Origin: Octopus sinensis
Lineage: Eukaryota
Direction: 5' to 3'
NCBI RefSeq assembly: GCF_006345805.1
Contig: NC_043017.1
Location: forward strand, 16,182,001 to 16,246,000
DNA: 64,000 bases
Shown: piece after piece, positions 39,905 to 52,291 of the stretch
Layout: each line of letters opens with the position of its first letter
How positions within the stretch are numbered: position 1 is the first letter of the stretch
The notes under the pieces: model-generated
What the model was told of the DNA's origin: nothing
The model's database searches: none
What the model saw: the letters and a program-made list of their open reading frames with translations, nothing else
Program-made: the position numbers and the translations under genes

Positions 39905-40120
39905 TAGGGAGGCGAGCTGGCACAGTCATTACCGCGCCGGGCAAATTGCTTGGCGGAATTTAGTTCGTCTTTATATTCAGAGTTCAAATTCCGCCGAAGT
40001 CGATTTTGCCTTTCATCCTTTACGGGATCGATAAAACAAGTACCAGTTAAACACTGGGGTCGACGTATCGACTTACCCCACTCCACCAAAATTGCTGGCC
40101 TTGTGTCAAAATTTGAAATC
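39905..40120 (+). mobile_element. SINE family B
   Basis: Family B head and core. Confidence 0.8.
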
Positions 40121-40699
40121 ATTTCTACAGGGGAAAATGAGGACGAGACGGAAATGTTTATAACACGAGGGGATTCTGTTAAACGCACGCCATGATGTCT
40201 GCATATATGTTACTAAGTACGTGTGTATGTGCATATATGTATATATGGATGAATGACTCTATGTATGTGTGGATGCCTATATGCTTGTGTGTGTGTATGT
40301 ATGTATATATGTATGTATATATGTAATAATGTATGTATGCATGTGCATATATGTGCGAGCGTATGAATGTATATGTGTATTCATGTATGTGTGTGTGTGT
40401 GTGAAAATATAAATATTTCTATATGTGTATATGAACATGCATGTACGTATGTGTATTGTGTGTGTGTGTGCATATGTATGCTTTTAGGTTGGTGTGTATG
40501 CATGTATGTAAGTGTATGTATGTATATATGTACGTATTTTTGTATATATGTTTATATACATATGTGTATGTGTGTATGTGTGTATATAAAATATGCAGCG
40601 TACATTTGGAAGACTCAAAAAGAGACCCTTTTTAACTCCCCTCCTCTTCGTCGTCGTCCTCCTCCTCCTCTTCTTCTTCTCCTTACCAAGCTCCTTGTC

Positions 40700-41200
40700 C
40701 ATCGGACAGTCCGTGTTTCCTCTTGTATACTGCAAAATATGGATCACATACAGTGGAAACACCGAAGTCCTCAAAAGGCCCCTATCACCTTGGGGCTACA
40801 GAAAATTCATTCAATCTCCCGGGGAGGTAGGATTAAACATAGAACAGCAACATCGAGTCCACGCTATACATACATCAACGGAAATGACTGGGACACGTTG
40901 TGCGCATGTCTGACTTATATTTCCTTCGTAGAATCGTCCATGACCGTCTATATGCAATGGTCCACACCTCAGTTCAAGGCTAAACAAAAGGTTCAAAGAC
41001 CAGCTGGAGATTATTTTGAAGACCAACAACACCAACCTTTCAAGAATGGAAGATATTGTTCTCGAACATTCGATGTCAATGCTGGGGGCGAACTGAAGAT
41101 GTATGAAGGGGACACGTTGACAGCGCCACTTCGAGGAGTGATGAAAGATATTGGATCGGAGAGGAAGAGCTATTCCCTCCAGCCATTCACACGTCTGGTC
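40700..41200 (+). mobile_element. RTE LINE 3' relic
   Basis: LVYCKIWITY.. region plus sequence homologous to 18620-18900 (TTTCCTTCGTAGAATC, GGTTCAAAGACCA, AGATATTGTTCTC). Confidence 0.65.
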
Positions 41201-41369
41201 CGTAACCAAAACTGTTCCTTGGGATCCAGGACTGACCAAAGGATCCAGAAATGGATGAGGAGACGATTATCAAGAGATCTGATGGACAACTATTAGTAAG
41301 ATGTTAATAACACTTAAACGAAAGCGCTTCTCTTTTCCACGCACCAAAGTGAATGGAAATTGGGTCAGG

Positions 41370-41880
41370 AGAGACTGATGTCATCAGACGATATCTAACG
41401 ATCATCGGGAGTTTCGACCTTGAACCATAACACCCTTCGGTGGGTCAGCAGAGGTGACCAAATCACTGCCCATTGTCTCCTCCTGGCTTGCAGCTTAACC
41501 CCTCTCTCTTGATCCATAACCAGCAAGAGTCCCTTTCAGCTGTCTCCCCCATCCCGCGCGCAGCCATCCTTTACTTTTTCTCTCTTATTCCAATGGCTGT
41601 AAGCACCTTCCATACCGACTGGTCAGGAAATCCCTTCCAGCTAATCTCGATTGGGAAAATCCTGACTGCCATCGCTTGTCCCTGCAATCCTGCTCCAGGC
41701 TCTCATATTTGACACGCCTCACTCCATTTGCCTGACCCCACCATTCTTCCCACGGGACTGTAAGTTCAATCCAGATTATTTTCTTCGCCTTTTCAGACCA
41801 AAACTATATCTGGTCTCAGGATTGTATGAACAGCCTGGGGAAACCGCAGTCTTTCCTCCAGATCCGCTTTCATCTTTTAT
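41370..41880 (-). mobile_element. Hero/NeSL-like LINE relic (restriction-like endonuclease domain + 3' UTR)
   Basis: Frameshifted minus translation KADLEERLRFP..LRPDIVL-WSEKAKKIIWIELTVPWEE..KYESL..IFPIEISWKGF (PD..E..KY RLE motif). Confidence 0.8.
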
Positions 41881-42323
41881 AATTGGGTCCCGTAAACTAT
41901 TTGTTAAGTGTGTGTGTGTATGTGTGTGTGTGTGTGTTGTGTGTGTGGTGTGTGTGTGTGTGTGTGTGTGTGTAAATAGAGCCAACAAAGAACCTCTACA
42001 AGGTTATTATACTTGCTAGAAATGACAGCCAGATATCCCTCAAGTCACACCTCACTGTCTAAAACAAAGGAAGTACCTACTGGTTAAGGTAGTCCCTTAT
42101 ACATTGAGTCCGATTAAATATTATAGCCACGGCAGCAACGTCTTTGATGATTAGGGCGTTGGATTTGCAATGGCCTGTGGTTAAACAACAACAACAATGC
42201 AGTCGCTGTAATCAACAGTCATCAATTGTGTCTGAGAATGTTAGCCAAGATAGACTTGTGCTCAATTTAGAAGTGTGTGTGTGCGTGTATGTGTGTGTGT
42301 GTGCGTGTATGTGTGTGTGTGTG

Positions 42324-42362
<39 letters not shown>

Positions 42363-42543
42363 ATTTTCAAACTTGTTGATTCACTTTGTGTAGGCCAGTG
42401 CAATGTGTGACAGGGTTTATGTTACAGACGATACACACACACAATATATATATAAGTGGAGACGTGTTTGTGTGCTTCTAATCACATTGTTCTAGGTTCA
42501 GTCCCACTGCATGACGCTCTGGATATCCTTGTCGTTTATTTTG

Positions 42544-42579
<36 letters not shown>

Positions 42580-42591
42580 TCTAATATATAT

Positions 42592-42632
<41 letters not shown>

Positions 42633-42749
42633 GTTACATGTAGTGACTGTATGCATGTTTGTGTGAGCACTCTAATGTGAATATAAGTATGAGCAAACCC
42701 CATAACTAATTAAGTACCCTGCTAATTAGAGCATTTATTATGACGTCCT

Positions 42750-42801
<52 letters not shown>

Positions 42802-43084
42802 TCCTCTCACTTCAGCCATCTCTCAAGGATAGTCGGTGGAGCATGAAACGAAAAACTAGTGATATTTGTATACAATTTAAGAACAATATATACACACACA
42901 CACACATACATATACATTAGGTGGGTGTGCGTGTCTGTGTGTATGTGTATGTATATCTATAAGTATGTGTGACGTCATAATTAACTCTTTCCTCAGCTCG
43001 GAGAATAAAACCATTTTGAAGCTCAACTCAAACCCGGCTCGTTACGACCTTTTTTGTTTAGCCTTTGGTGTCAGTTTTACTTTC

Positions 43085-43096
43085 TGCTCTCTCTCT

Positions 43097-43163
<67 letters not shown>

Positions 43164-43275
43164 TCTCTCTCTCTCTCTATTTCTCTCTCTCTCTCTTTCT
43201 CTCCTCTCTCTCTTTCTCTCCTCTCGCTCTCTCCTCTCTTCTCTCTCTCTCCCTCTCTTCTCTCTCTCTCCTTTC

Positions 43276-43330
<55 letters not shown>

Positions 43331-43450
43331 CTCTCTCTCCTCCCCCTTCTCTTTCTCTTTCTACCTTCTCTCTCTTTCTCTCTCTCTTTCTCCTCTCTCT
43401 TCCTTCTCCCTCCCCTCCTTCCTCTCTCTCTCCCTCTCTCTCTCTCTGTA
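43085..43450. repeat. (CT)n-rich tract
   Basis: Read directly. It explains several spurious SL/ER ORFs. Confidence 0.95.
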
Positions 43451-43741
43451 TATATGTGTGTGTTTATATATATGTGTGTGTGTGTGTGTGTTTCCACTGT
43501 TCTTACATTGCACCGCCGCCCCCACCACCACCTCCACGATTACCTCACTTCATGACTAGACAAGGGTGGGCTTGTTTACGAAGTAGTATTGGTGGTGGTG
43601 TTAGTGGTGGCGGCGGCAGCGGTGATGGTAGTGATGGTGAAGGTGGCGGTAATTAAACTGGTAGTGTGGCACCGGTTGAACTATGGTGGTGTTGTGTCGT
43701 GGTTGAGGCGTTGTTGATAGCAGCAGCAGCAACAGCAGCAG

Positions 43742-43804
<63 letters not shown>

Positions 43805-44159
43805 ATGTTTGAGCTAATTCTGTTGTGAAAACCGTTGAGTTACTCAAAAAGATATTTGAACCAAAACCAAAAACAATAATTCTTTCTGGGTTTAGCCCAA
43901 GGCCACAGACGAGACTACTTCGACCATTCGACTCCAGTTCATAACTGGTACTTTATTTAATTGATTCCAGAGGGATAAAAGTCAAAATTTGACCTCGATG
44001 GCATTTGAACCCAGCGCATGAACGGCTGGAGCGAATACCGCGAGACGGTTTGTCCGACGCACTAATGACTTTGTCAGCTCATTATCCTGATGATGAAGAT
44101 GATGATGGTGATGATAATCATGATGATGGTAAGGAGGAGGAAGAAGAGGATGTTTCAAA

Positions 44160-44330
44160 TTTGGACACAAGGCCAGCACTTTTAGGGTGGGGTGTTAGTC
44201 GATTAAATAGACCCCAGTTCATAACTGGTACTTAATTTATCGATCCCGAGAGAATGAACGACAAAATCAACCTCGGCGGTATTTGAACCCAGAACGCAAA
44301 GAGCCGGAAGAAATGCCAGCTCGCCACCAC
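44160..44330 (-). mobile_element. SINE family B (second partial copy at 43900-44080)
   Basis: Reverse core motif. Confidence 0.7.
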
Positions 44331-45169
44331 CCTGAAGATAATGATGATGACGGTGATGATGACACTAATAATATTAATTAGTTTATTAATTATCTAATTA
44401 ATTTTATTGATTATTTTTAAACGATAATTTCTGTATTAGTTCGGTTCCCAAAGGGCCCCGCACACTTTGGGGGACATTACAAAAACATCACGAAGGAAGG
44501 GGGAGGTATTATACAAAAATAATTTAAGAGACAAAAAAAAAAAACAACAACAACAACCACAATAACAACAACTATAACTGCTAACAAAAAGCACAATGGG
44601 GAGGTTCCTCGCCCTCAGCAGAGGGATGGGTACAACCAGCTCGGGATTTAAACAAGGAAGCCGAATAGATCCAGTGTTACCGTGACCACCAAGGGCCAGT
44701 GACCTCTCCCTTACAAGACGCTGGGTCCATTCTCTGGGGTCACACTCATTACTCGTACTCACTTTTCGACAAAGGGTCACCGAGAGTTCTCCTTCGTGGA
44801 TGCTCTTTCTGCTAGAAATAACAGCCAAATCTCCCTCCCTAATCCAGCACCGAACTATCTTTAAAAAGGGGGATATAGGACATCGTGGCTCCGGGTTACC
44901 TGTAAATACCTACAGGGAAAAGATGGGATAGTCATGGATGGAATGTCTTTGCTCATAAATCTACTCAATCAGGTTGACCCAACGTTAAGCTATAACTGTA
45001 GACCATCGACAGAGCCACTATCTGATCATTCTTCCTGCTAGAAATAACACTTAAATTCCTCTAAAATCACACTATTGAAAAAACGAGACGGACACGTGGG
45101 ATAGTCCTTTTAAGATAAGAGGTCCTGGTTGAAATGCTTTTGTTTTTAGGAGTAAAAAAAAAAAGATAA

Positions 45170-45420
45170 AAGGTCCTTCCCAAGCCATAGTCTCATAAGG
45201 GCCGGTTTTCCGGATTCTGTGGTGTATATATTCCCTACCTCTTGGACGAGACGCTAATCCATCGCAGGATTATTCGTTTTGGCCAGCTGAGTGTGGGCTG
45301 GAGCAACGTGAAATGAAGTGCTTTGCTCACGAACACAAAGCATTGCATGGCCCAGGAATCGAAACCACAGTCTTACGATCATGAGTCCAACACCCCTAAC
45401 CACTAATCCACGCGCCATCA
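45170..45420 (-). mobile_element. tRNA-headed SINE
   Basis: Minus head GGCGCGTGGATTAGTGGTTAGG..GGTTTCGATTCCTGGG, then GAGCAAAGCACTTCATTTCAC. Related to 47020-47290. Confidence 0.7.
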
Positions 45421-45989
45421 CGTACTGGATCAGAATCGACCTGCCTAGTACTATAACTCATCGAACCCCCGGAAGGCTAAAAACGTCCATGTCACCCTCA
45501 GTGAGATTTGAACTTCGAACATAAGGGTAAATAACTGAGTGCATACCGCAATACATTTCGTCCGATGCTCTTTCGATTCTGCCAGTTCATAAGGCCGCAA
45601 ATTTTATGATAGAGATGTATTCGATTAAATCGCAACCCCCGTCTTCCTGTACGTAACAGGTCACCCACTTCCACGCTCAGTAGAATAAAGAACAAAAAAA
45701 ATCTAAATTGGCCCCTTGGTGGGATCAGAACCCACAACATTCAACGATTCAACCGAATACTAGCAAATAATTTGTCCTTCTTTCAAGATCCAGGATTCTT
45801 AACCCCGGGTGGCGTATGGGGGGGGGGGTGATGCAGAGGATGGAAAATAATTACTTAGGGTCGGAAAGTGTTTAAGTGACCCTGTTTTTGTTAGAATTGT
45901 TTAGGGTTAGTATTTATTTTAAAGGGTTAAGAGTTAGTGTGGGAGAATGTTATCATAGTTGACAACGTGTGTTGTGGAAGGCCACGTTG

Positions 45990-46545
45990 CGTTTTGGGAA
46001 GCAGCGTTGGTAGGGGCTGACCACGGATGTAGGGATAGCATCGTAGTGGGAGACCAACGATAAAGTCACCCAGGGATTCCATCAAGGAATCCCCACATAT
46101 TCAGTGCTAACCAATGTTGCCCTAACCATCAAAGGCAAGTGCCCTCTTTCATCTTTCATTCAGAGCCTTACTAAATGAGATTAATGCATAGGAGTAGATC
46201 TCTTCAGTGAGAGAAGACCACGTCTGTAGGGACAAACCGCATCAGTAGGGGTTGACCTTATCGGAAATGATAAACCATACCGGGTTGACCACTGATGTAG
46301 GTTCCCAGGAATTCAACCAAAGAATCTCCAAATAACCAGGGTTAAGTAGGGTACGTGCCCTCCCTCAAACAGGAACATTTTGAGTGAAATTACTGTGTAG
46401 GGGCAGACCATGTACATAGTTGGAAGCCACGTCTGTAGGGCCTAACCACATCCGGAATGGGAGACCAACTCTGTGGAGGCAGACCATGTCCGTAGTGGGA
46501 GACCAGGTTCATTGTGGGATGCTACATCAGCAGGAGAAGAGAGCC
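45990..46545. repeat. Degenerate 19-bp minisatellite in three blocks
   Basis: Seven in-phase units at 46397-46529 (consensus ~GTAGGGGNAGACCACGTCT), with further units at ~46010-46060 and ~46210-46300. Confidence 0.8.
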
Positions 46546-47019
46546 ACTGAGTAGCCATAATATATTTTATGGCACTGATGTATAGACAACACAATCTTAA
46601 TTTATAATAAAAACATAAACATAAAAATAAATATACAGAAGAATAGCAAAGAGCAGAATCGTGTGGGCAGTCACCCCTGGTGTACAGATCTTCAAGGCTA
46701 CAAAATTTCCTGTATTTAAAGGGTAACTAATACATAGACCACTTGATGAAAACACCCACATCCATCACCAAATCTAATTACAATAAAGTGACCCCGGCTG
46801 ACCTTCTTGACCCAGAAGTCACCCGAGGTTTTTTTGTGATTAAAAGTTAAGCAAGTCAGCTGGGGTCGCCCTCGTCGCCGAAAGGTTTCGAAACCCCTGT
46901 AAATATTATTATTGTTTATTATTTACGGAACAGCATGGACTTTGAGAGATCCGCGATGCGAAATTATACGACCCCTACCAGAAGACCCTGGAAAATACTG
47001 CCCATACACCTATAATGTT

Positions 47020-47290
47020 GTTAGGCTTCATTACTCCTGCCCGTAAGATCGTGGTTTCAATTCCTTGACCGGGTAGTACGTTGTGGCCTTGAGCAAAACA
47101 CTTGATTTCACATTGCCGCAGTCCATTCAGCTGTAAATAGGGAACCCTGCAGCGATAGTTGGGAAGTTAACCTTGCGACGGACCGGCGTCCCGTTCAGGG
47201 AGGGAATACCTCAATTTCAGTCCAGGGAAACCGGGTCAAGCTCCGGCCCCGTGAGCTCTGAGGCTTCACATGACAGACCTCAAACCTCAT
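47020..47290 (+). mobile_element. tRNA-headed SINE with V-SINE-like block
   Basis: GGTTTCAATTCC B box, CCTTGAGCAAAACACTT, and AACCTTGCGACGGACCGGCGTCCCGTTCAGGG. Confidence 0.6.
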
Positions 47291-47605
47291 TAATATAATT
47301 TCGTGTTTCACACTAATTAATTTATAATGAAGGAGGAGTGGCTGTGTGAGAGGAAGTGTGCTTCCCATCCACATGGTTCCCGGTTCAGTCCTTCTGTGTG
47401 GCTCGTTGAGTGAGCCTTGCAAGTGATTTTAGTCGACGGAAACTAAGAGAAGCTTATCGTAGATGTGTGTGTGTGTGTGTGTATACATACATATGTGTAT
47501 GTATACAAACACACACGCACAATATATAACAAAAGGTAAAAGAGATTAATAAATCCAGTTCGATATCTAGAAGGCACTCAGGGGTTAAGACGAAGTTGTT
47601 AACTT

Positions 47606-47808
47606 GGTGGAAATGCTGAAAAGTTCCTGGTTTTGAGTAAAAGAAAATACTGGAGGAACAATAAATTGCGATTTTATTGAACATATTCCCCTCTCGGGTT
47701 CACACACTTATTGCAACGATCCTGTAAAAAAACTCGGAAGGTTGGGCCCCCAAATAGGCCTTTCGCGGGACCCTTAAAACCAGGATCTTTTCTCCCCCTC
47801 CCCTCGTA
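47606..47808 (+). mobile_element. Mariner-derived MITE, third copy
   Basis: Homologous to 20704-20922; ends ..CCCCTCGTA. Confidence 0.75.
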
Positions 47809-48204
47809 TATCCATCAGATGTCATAAAATTCAAATAGAATTAACACCCAAGGTAATTCCTCGTGTATGACAAGTGGATCCAAATGTGTGTGTGTCCCCT
47901 ATCACTACTTGACAACTGGTGTTGGTGTGTTTATGGCCTCGTAAACTTAGCGGTTTGACGAAAGAGCCTGATAGAAAGAATACCAAGCTTTAAAAAAGTA
48001 AGTCCCGGGACCGATTCGTTCGACTAAAATTCCTGAAGGCGGTGTCCCAGCATGGCCACAATCTAATGACTGAAACAAATAAAGAGTAAGTTGTAATTAG
48101 GCAATTAATAGTGGATCCATCCTATTAATTAAGAAACCCCTCACTTGAAATCCTGGCTACACCCATGGGGGTGGGGCGCATTTGCCGACCTGAGGGCCCA
48201 GGAA

Positions 48205-48505
48205 GGGAGGAATGTTCGCCGAAGTCGAGTTTGCCTTTCATCCTTTCGGGGTCGATGAAATAAGTACCAGTTACACACTGGGGTCGATGTAATCGACAAA
48301 CCTCCTCCCCGCCAAATTTCAGGTCTTGTGCCTACGGTAGAAAGGATTATTAGGGGTCATTAAAGCTCAAATTCGGCCGAGGTCTACTTTCCCTTTCATC
48401 CTTTCTAGGTCGATAAAATAAGTACCAGTTGAGCACTGGGGACGATGCAATCGACTCACCACCCCCCTCCTTTGAAAACCTGCTGGCCCCGTGCATAAAT
48501 TTGGA
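48205..48505 (+). mobile_element. Two tandem SINE family B cores
   Basis: Core motif at ~48225 and ~48380. Confidence 0.75.
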
Positions 48506-49219
48506 ACCATGATTAGGAGCATTAAATGGAGCGACACGTTAAAGCAGTGGTCCTCAATCGACGTCCATATGGCTCTTGGGGCCCAAATGAGATTTTGTTC
48601 TTAACATTTGCCTGCAATAAATTGCTTATATTTCTCCAAAACACAAAATACTTTAAAAATTTCTTTTTATGCAATTTCTAATAATATTTATTTATATAAA
48701 AATATTTTTCAAACATTGAATAGAATAGCTGTGAATAAAATAGGGATCAAATGGGTCCATGGGTGCCAAATTGACCCTTTATAGGGTCTGACAAAACGAT
48801 TTGTGGTACTATTTCTGGTTCCGATTTCATATCCCACTGCAATCAACTTCACATTTTATCATTTCGGGGCCCGACGATATAAAATACCGATCAAAATACC
48901 GAAGGTCGATATCGTCCATTATTCCGTCCCCCAATTTCCCGATCTTATATCTAAGTTATCAGTCGACTTAACAAAGTTTTCCAGCTTCCGAGAAAGAAGG
49001 GGGTAAGACGAATGGGGTAAGACCACCACCACCACCACCACAACCACCACAACCAGCTTAACAGAAATTGTAGAACAGAGGAAATTTCGTGCCCTTTCGT
49101 ATCAGTGCACCAGGGTCAGGGGTGTGACTATCCCTGCCCCTCTACCTCTTTCTTACTCCTCTCTATTAATTTTTGTAGGGGTATTCTACCAAAGTAAGCC
49201 TTTAATATAGGGCTACTAA

Positions 49220-49435
49220 GAGGGTGAGCTGGCAGAATCGTTACCCCGTCGGGAAGAATGCTTAGCGGCATTTCGTCCGTCTTTATGTTCTGAGTTCAAA
49301 CTCTCGTCGAGGGCTTTACCTTTCATCCCTTTCGGGGTCAATAAGTTTCAGTTGAACACAGGGGTGCAGGGGTCGATGTAATCGGCTTCACCCCACCCTT
49401 GAACTTGCTGACCTTGTGCCAACATTTGAAACCAA
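49220..49435 (+). mobile_element. SINE family B
   Basis: Head and core motif. Confidence 0.75.
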
Positions 49436-50104
49436 TATAAGGGAGTCTACTAATGTCATCTGTGACGGACTGGTGACCCCCTTCAGTAGGGATCGTGGAG
49501 ATCTCAGTCCCTTATTCGCCATGGAAACTGAGCAACTCTTCCTTCGAGTCCTAAGATTCGAACACAGTAATGCCCAACCTCTGATGGTAAGGATGATGAC
49601 TAATGTTATACCAATGCCGTAAATCGTCTTAGGTATACTCAGGCGTTATCAGATTGTCGAATTCCATTGTTCACCCTCATAAAAAATACAAACGAGAAGC
49701 AATTCCCCCCCCCCTCTTTGTAAATGAGAAGAGCCAAAAGTGTTTCCGTCTCTAAAATAATTCTTCATTCTTCGCCAGTCAGGGTTGGATAGGTTTTGAA
49801 AGTTTTAAAACTATCTTAATTATAATAAGAGATGGCCATTTGGTCGCCCCCCCCCCCGCCTGTTTTCAGTCTTCTCAGAATCCTCCTCCAAAATGAGAAA
49901 CAGAAGGGGTTTTTTTTTTTGCTTTTATGGGTGGGGTGAGGGGGAATACAGAATAAGTTTTAAAAAGGCTAAAAACACTGCTTTAGAGAGGGGGAGACAG
50001 ACAGAAAAGAGAGAGAGAGATAGAAGGGAACAGAGAGAGAAGGGGCCAGAGAGATGAAGGAAGAGAGAGAAGGATAGAAAGAAAGAAACGAACGAACGAA
50101 GCAA

Positions 50105-50170
<66 letters not shown>

Positions 50171-50368
50171 AAGAAAGACAAGGAGAAAAGAGAGCAGAGG
50201 GAAAGAAAGAAATATTTAAAGGTAAATAATGAATAAAAACACAACAAAGCGAACGAAAACAAAAAGGGCGTCTCTCACCTGTTTGAACAGGTTTTTGTGG
50301 GATTTTTTTTTTCCTTTCTGTTTTAAGGGTCTCTCTTGAGAAAATAGTCCTTTTGTAAAACACACCAC

Positions 50369-50445
50369 ATGTACTCCAGCCCTGTCTTCATATATATACG
50401 GGTGGCGATGCTTTCGCTAATCGGGTCGTTGATGTTCAGCCACAG
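50369..50445 (+). CDS. Candidate first coding exon (signal-peptide-like) of an unidentified gene
   Basis: ATG..MYSSPVFIYIRVAMLSLIGSLMFSH, then the perfect donor CAG|GTGAGT, in non-repetitive CpG-containing sequence. Confidence 0.35.
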
Positions 50446-51284
50446 GTGAGTTTGGTATCCAAGGTAGACGGTTCCAGCCAGCCGCAACCGTCCTTTTGCG
50501 TCCGTCTTTCTTTTTTTTTCTTTCCGAGATTCAGGCACAGTGTACCTAGGACTCCGTTACCAAACGTGTCCTTGTTTCTCTTATGGTTTTCCTCTTTTCT
50601 TTTTGCGTGTGTGTTTTACAAAGACATTAAGGTGTGTCGGGGTACGTGTTTATATATATGTGTGTGTGTGTGCGTGTGTGTTATTCTGAGTGTGTGAAAG
50701 AGCATGTGTATATATATATTTGTGTGTTTGAGTGAGTCTTTTTTACTTTTTCTAGCAAAGACCAGCGACCACGTCGAGGTTTCCTCGCCACCTTTTTGTT
50801 GTCGGTATTGTTGATATTAAAAGTTCGTCGAACTTTCAACTTTTCAGTTTGACAAACCAGAATTCGATCTTCTCTTCCTCAAATCACTGGCGTATGAGCA
50901 CGCGAACATATATATCTATCTATATATATATATATATATACACACGCGCGCCTAGCAAGTGACCACCACTACTAACACACGTTTCACGCTTCACCTCCGT
51001 AGTTCGAAGTTCGTTCTTGTTCCGTGTTTAAAGTTAGAGCTGATCCTCGTTCTCGTTGTTATTGTTGTCTGTACGACTGTTTACTTTATATAAATATATA
51101 CACCTATTGTGTGTGTATATAATATATATATATATATAAGAGACGTCGTTTTACAAGTTCAATATATTATATATATATTTATATGTATATATATATATAT
51201 ATATTCTTTTATATTTATATATCGTGAGAAATAGAAAATAAGGAATTATTATGATTATTATTGTTATTAACCGCTGTGAAGTAG

Positions 51285-51420
51285 TTGCGGTGGTGGTGGT
51301 GGTGGTGGTGGTGGTGGTGGTAGTTGCGGTGGTGGTGGTGGTGGTGGTGGTGGTGGTGGTGGTGGTGGTGGTGGTGGTGGTAGTTGCGGTGGTGGTGGTG
51401 GTGGTGGTGGTAGTAGTTGT
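51285..51420. repeat. (GGT)n microsatellite
   Basis: Read directly from the sequence. Confidence 0.95.
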
Positions 51421-52182
51421 TGTTAATGATGGGAAGTTTGCCTTCTTCTTTTCTCTCTTTTCTCTTCTACACACCTTTTTATTCTTTTCTTTTATTCTAC
51501 GATGATGTTGTGGCGCTTATTCTTGCCGCAACCGTTGCTACTACCGCCACTTCTGCTTTTTCTTTTTGTTTCGCTGCTGCTGCAGATGTTGTTGTTGTTG
51601 ATGTTGCTGAGGCTGCAATGTGTTGCTTCCACTCCAAACTGCTGCAGTTCTTCTTCTTCCTGCTGTTGCTTCAGTTCTTGCAATTCCTGTTGTTGTTGTT
51701 GTTATCGCAATTACAAGGTCAACGTGGTCTACATACAGTGTGTGTGTGTGTGTGTGTGTGTGTTAGAAAGGTGAAAAGTATATCTGCGTGTGTGTATTTG
51801 TGTGTGTGTTTATATCTAACTGTATGCGCACGTGTGTGTGTATGCGTGTGTGTTTCTATCTATCTGTCTATCTATATGCGTGTATGGCTATCTATCTATA
51901 TCTATGTATGTGTATCTATATATATGTGTGTGTATGAGTGAAAAGGCCAGCCTTTGTCACTCTGTGTTCAGATGATTCTATCTGAGGGCTACGATAAGGT
52001 TATTAATGTCTGCGAAATACTCAACCACTCACACAATAACAGAAATTGGTAATCAACTTGATCGAACAACTGGATTTACTCAGCGTCGAAAGCGACTGAG
52101 ATCCATTTAAATTACTTTTTTTACGTATGTCTATGTATACATATATGTATAAAGCATATATGTAATTATAGATAGACAAATG

Positions 52183-52291
<109 letters not shown>

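Noticed and set aside
44430-44790. Tx1/L1-type 3' end
   Set aside because: No diagnostic protein motif or tail readable by eye.
45895-45935. Interstitial telomeric repeat
   Set aside because: Only one or two imperfect TTAGGG units.
48545-48800. hAT/Charlie MITE starting CAGTGGTCCTCAA
   Set aside because: No matching right TIR or 8-bp TSD could be found.
50323-50538. Minus-strand 71-aa GTG-start ORF that looks protein-like
   Set aside because: No ATG or splice acceptor, and an in-frame stop just upstream. The plus-strand exon reading has better signals.
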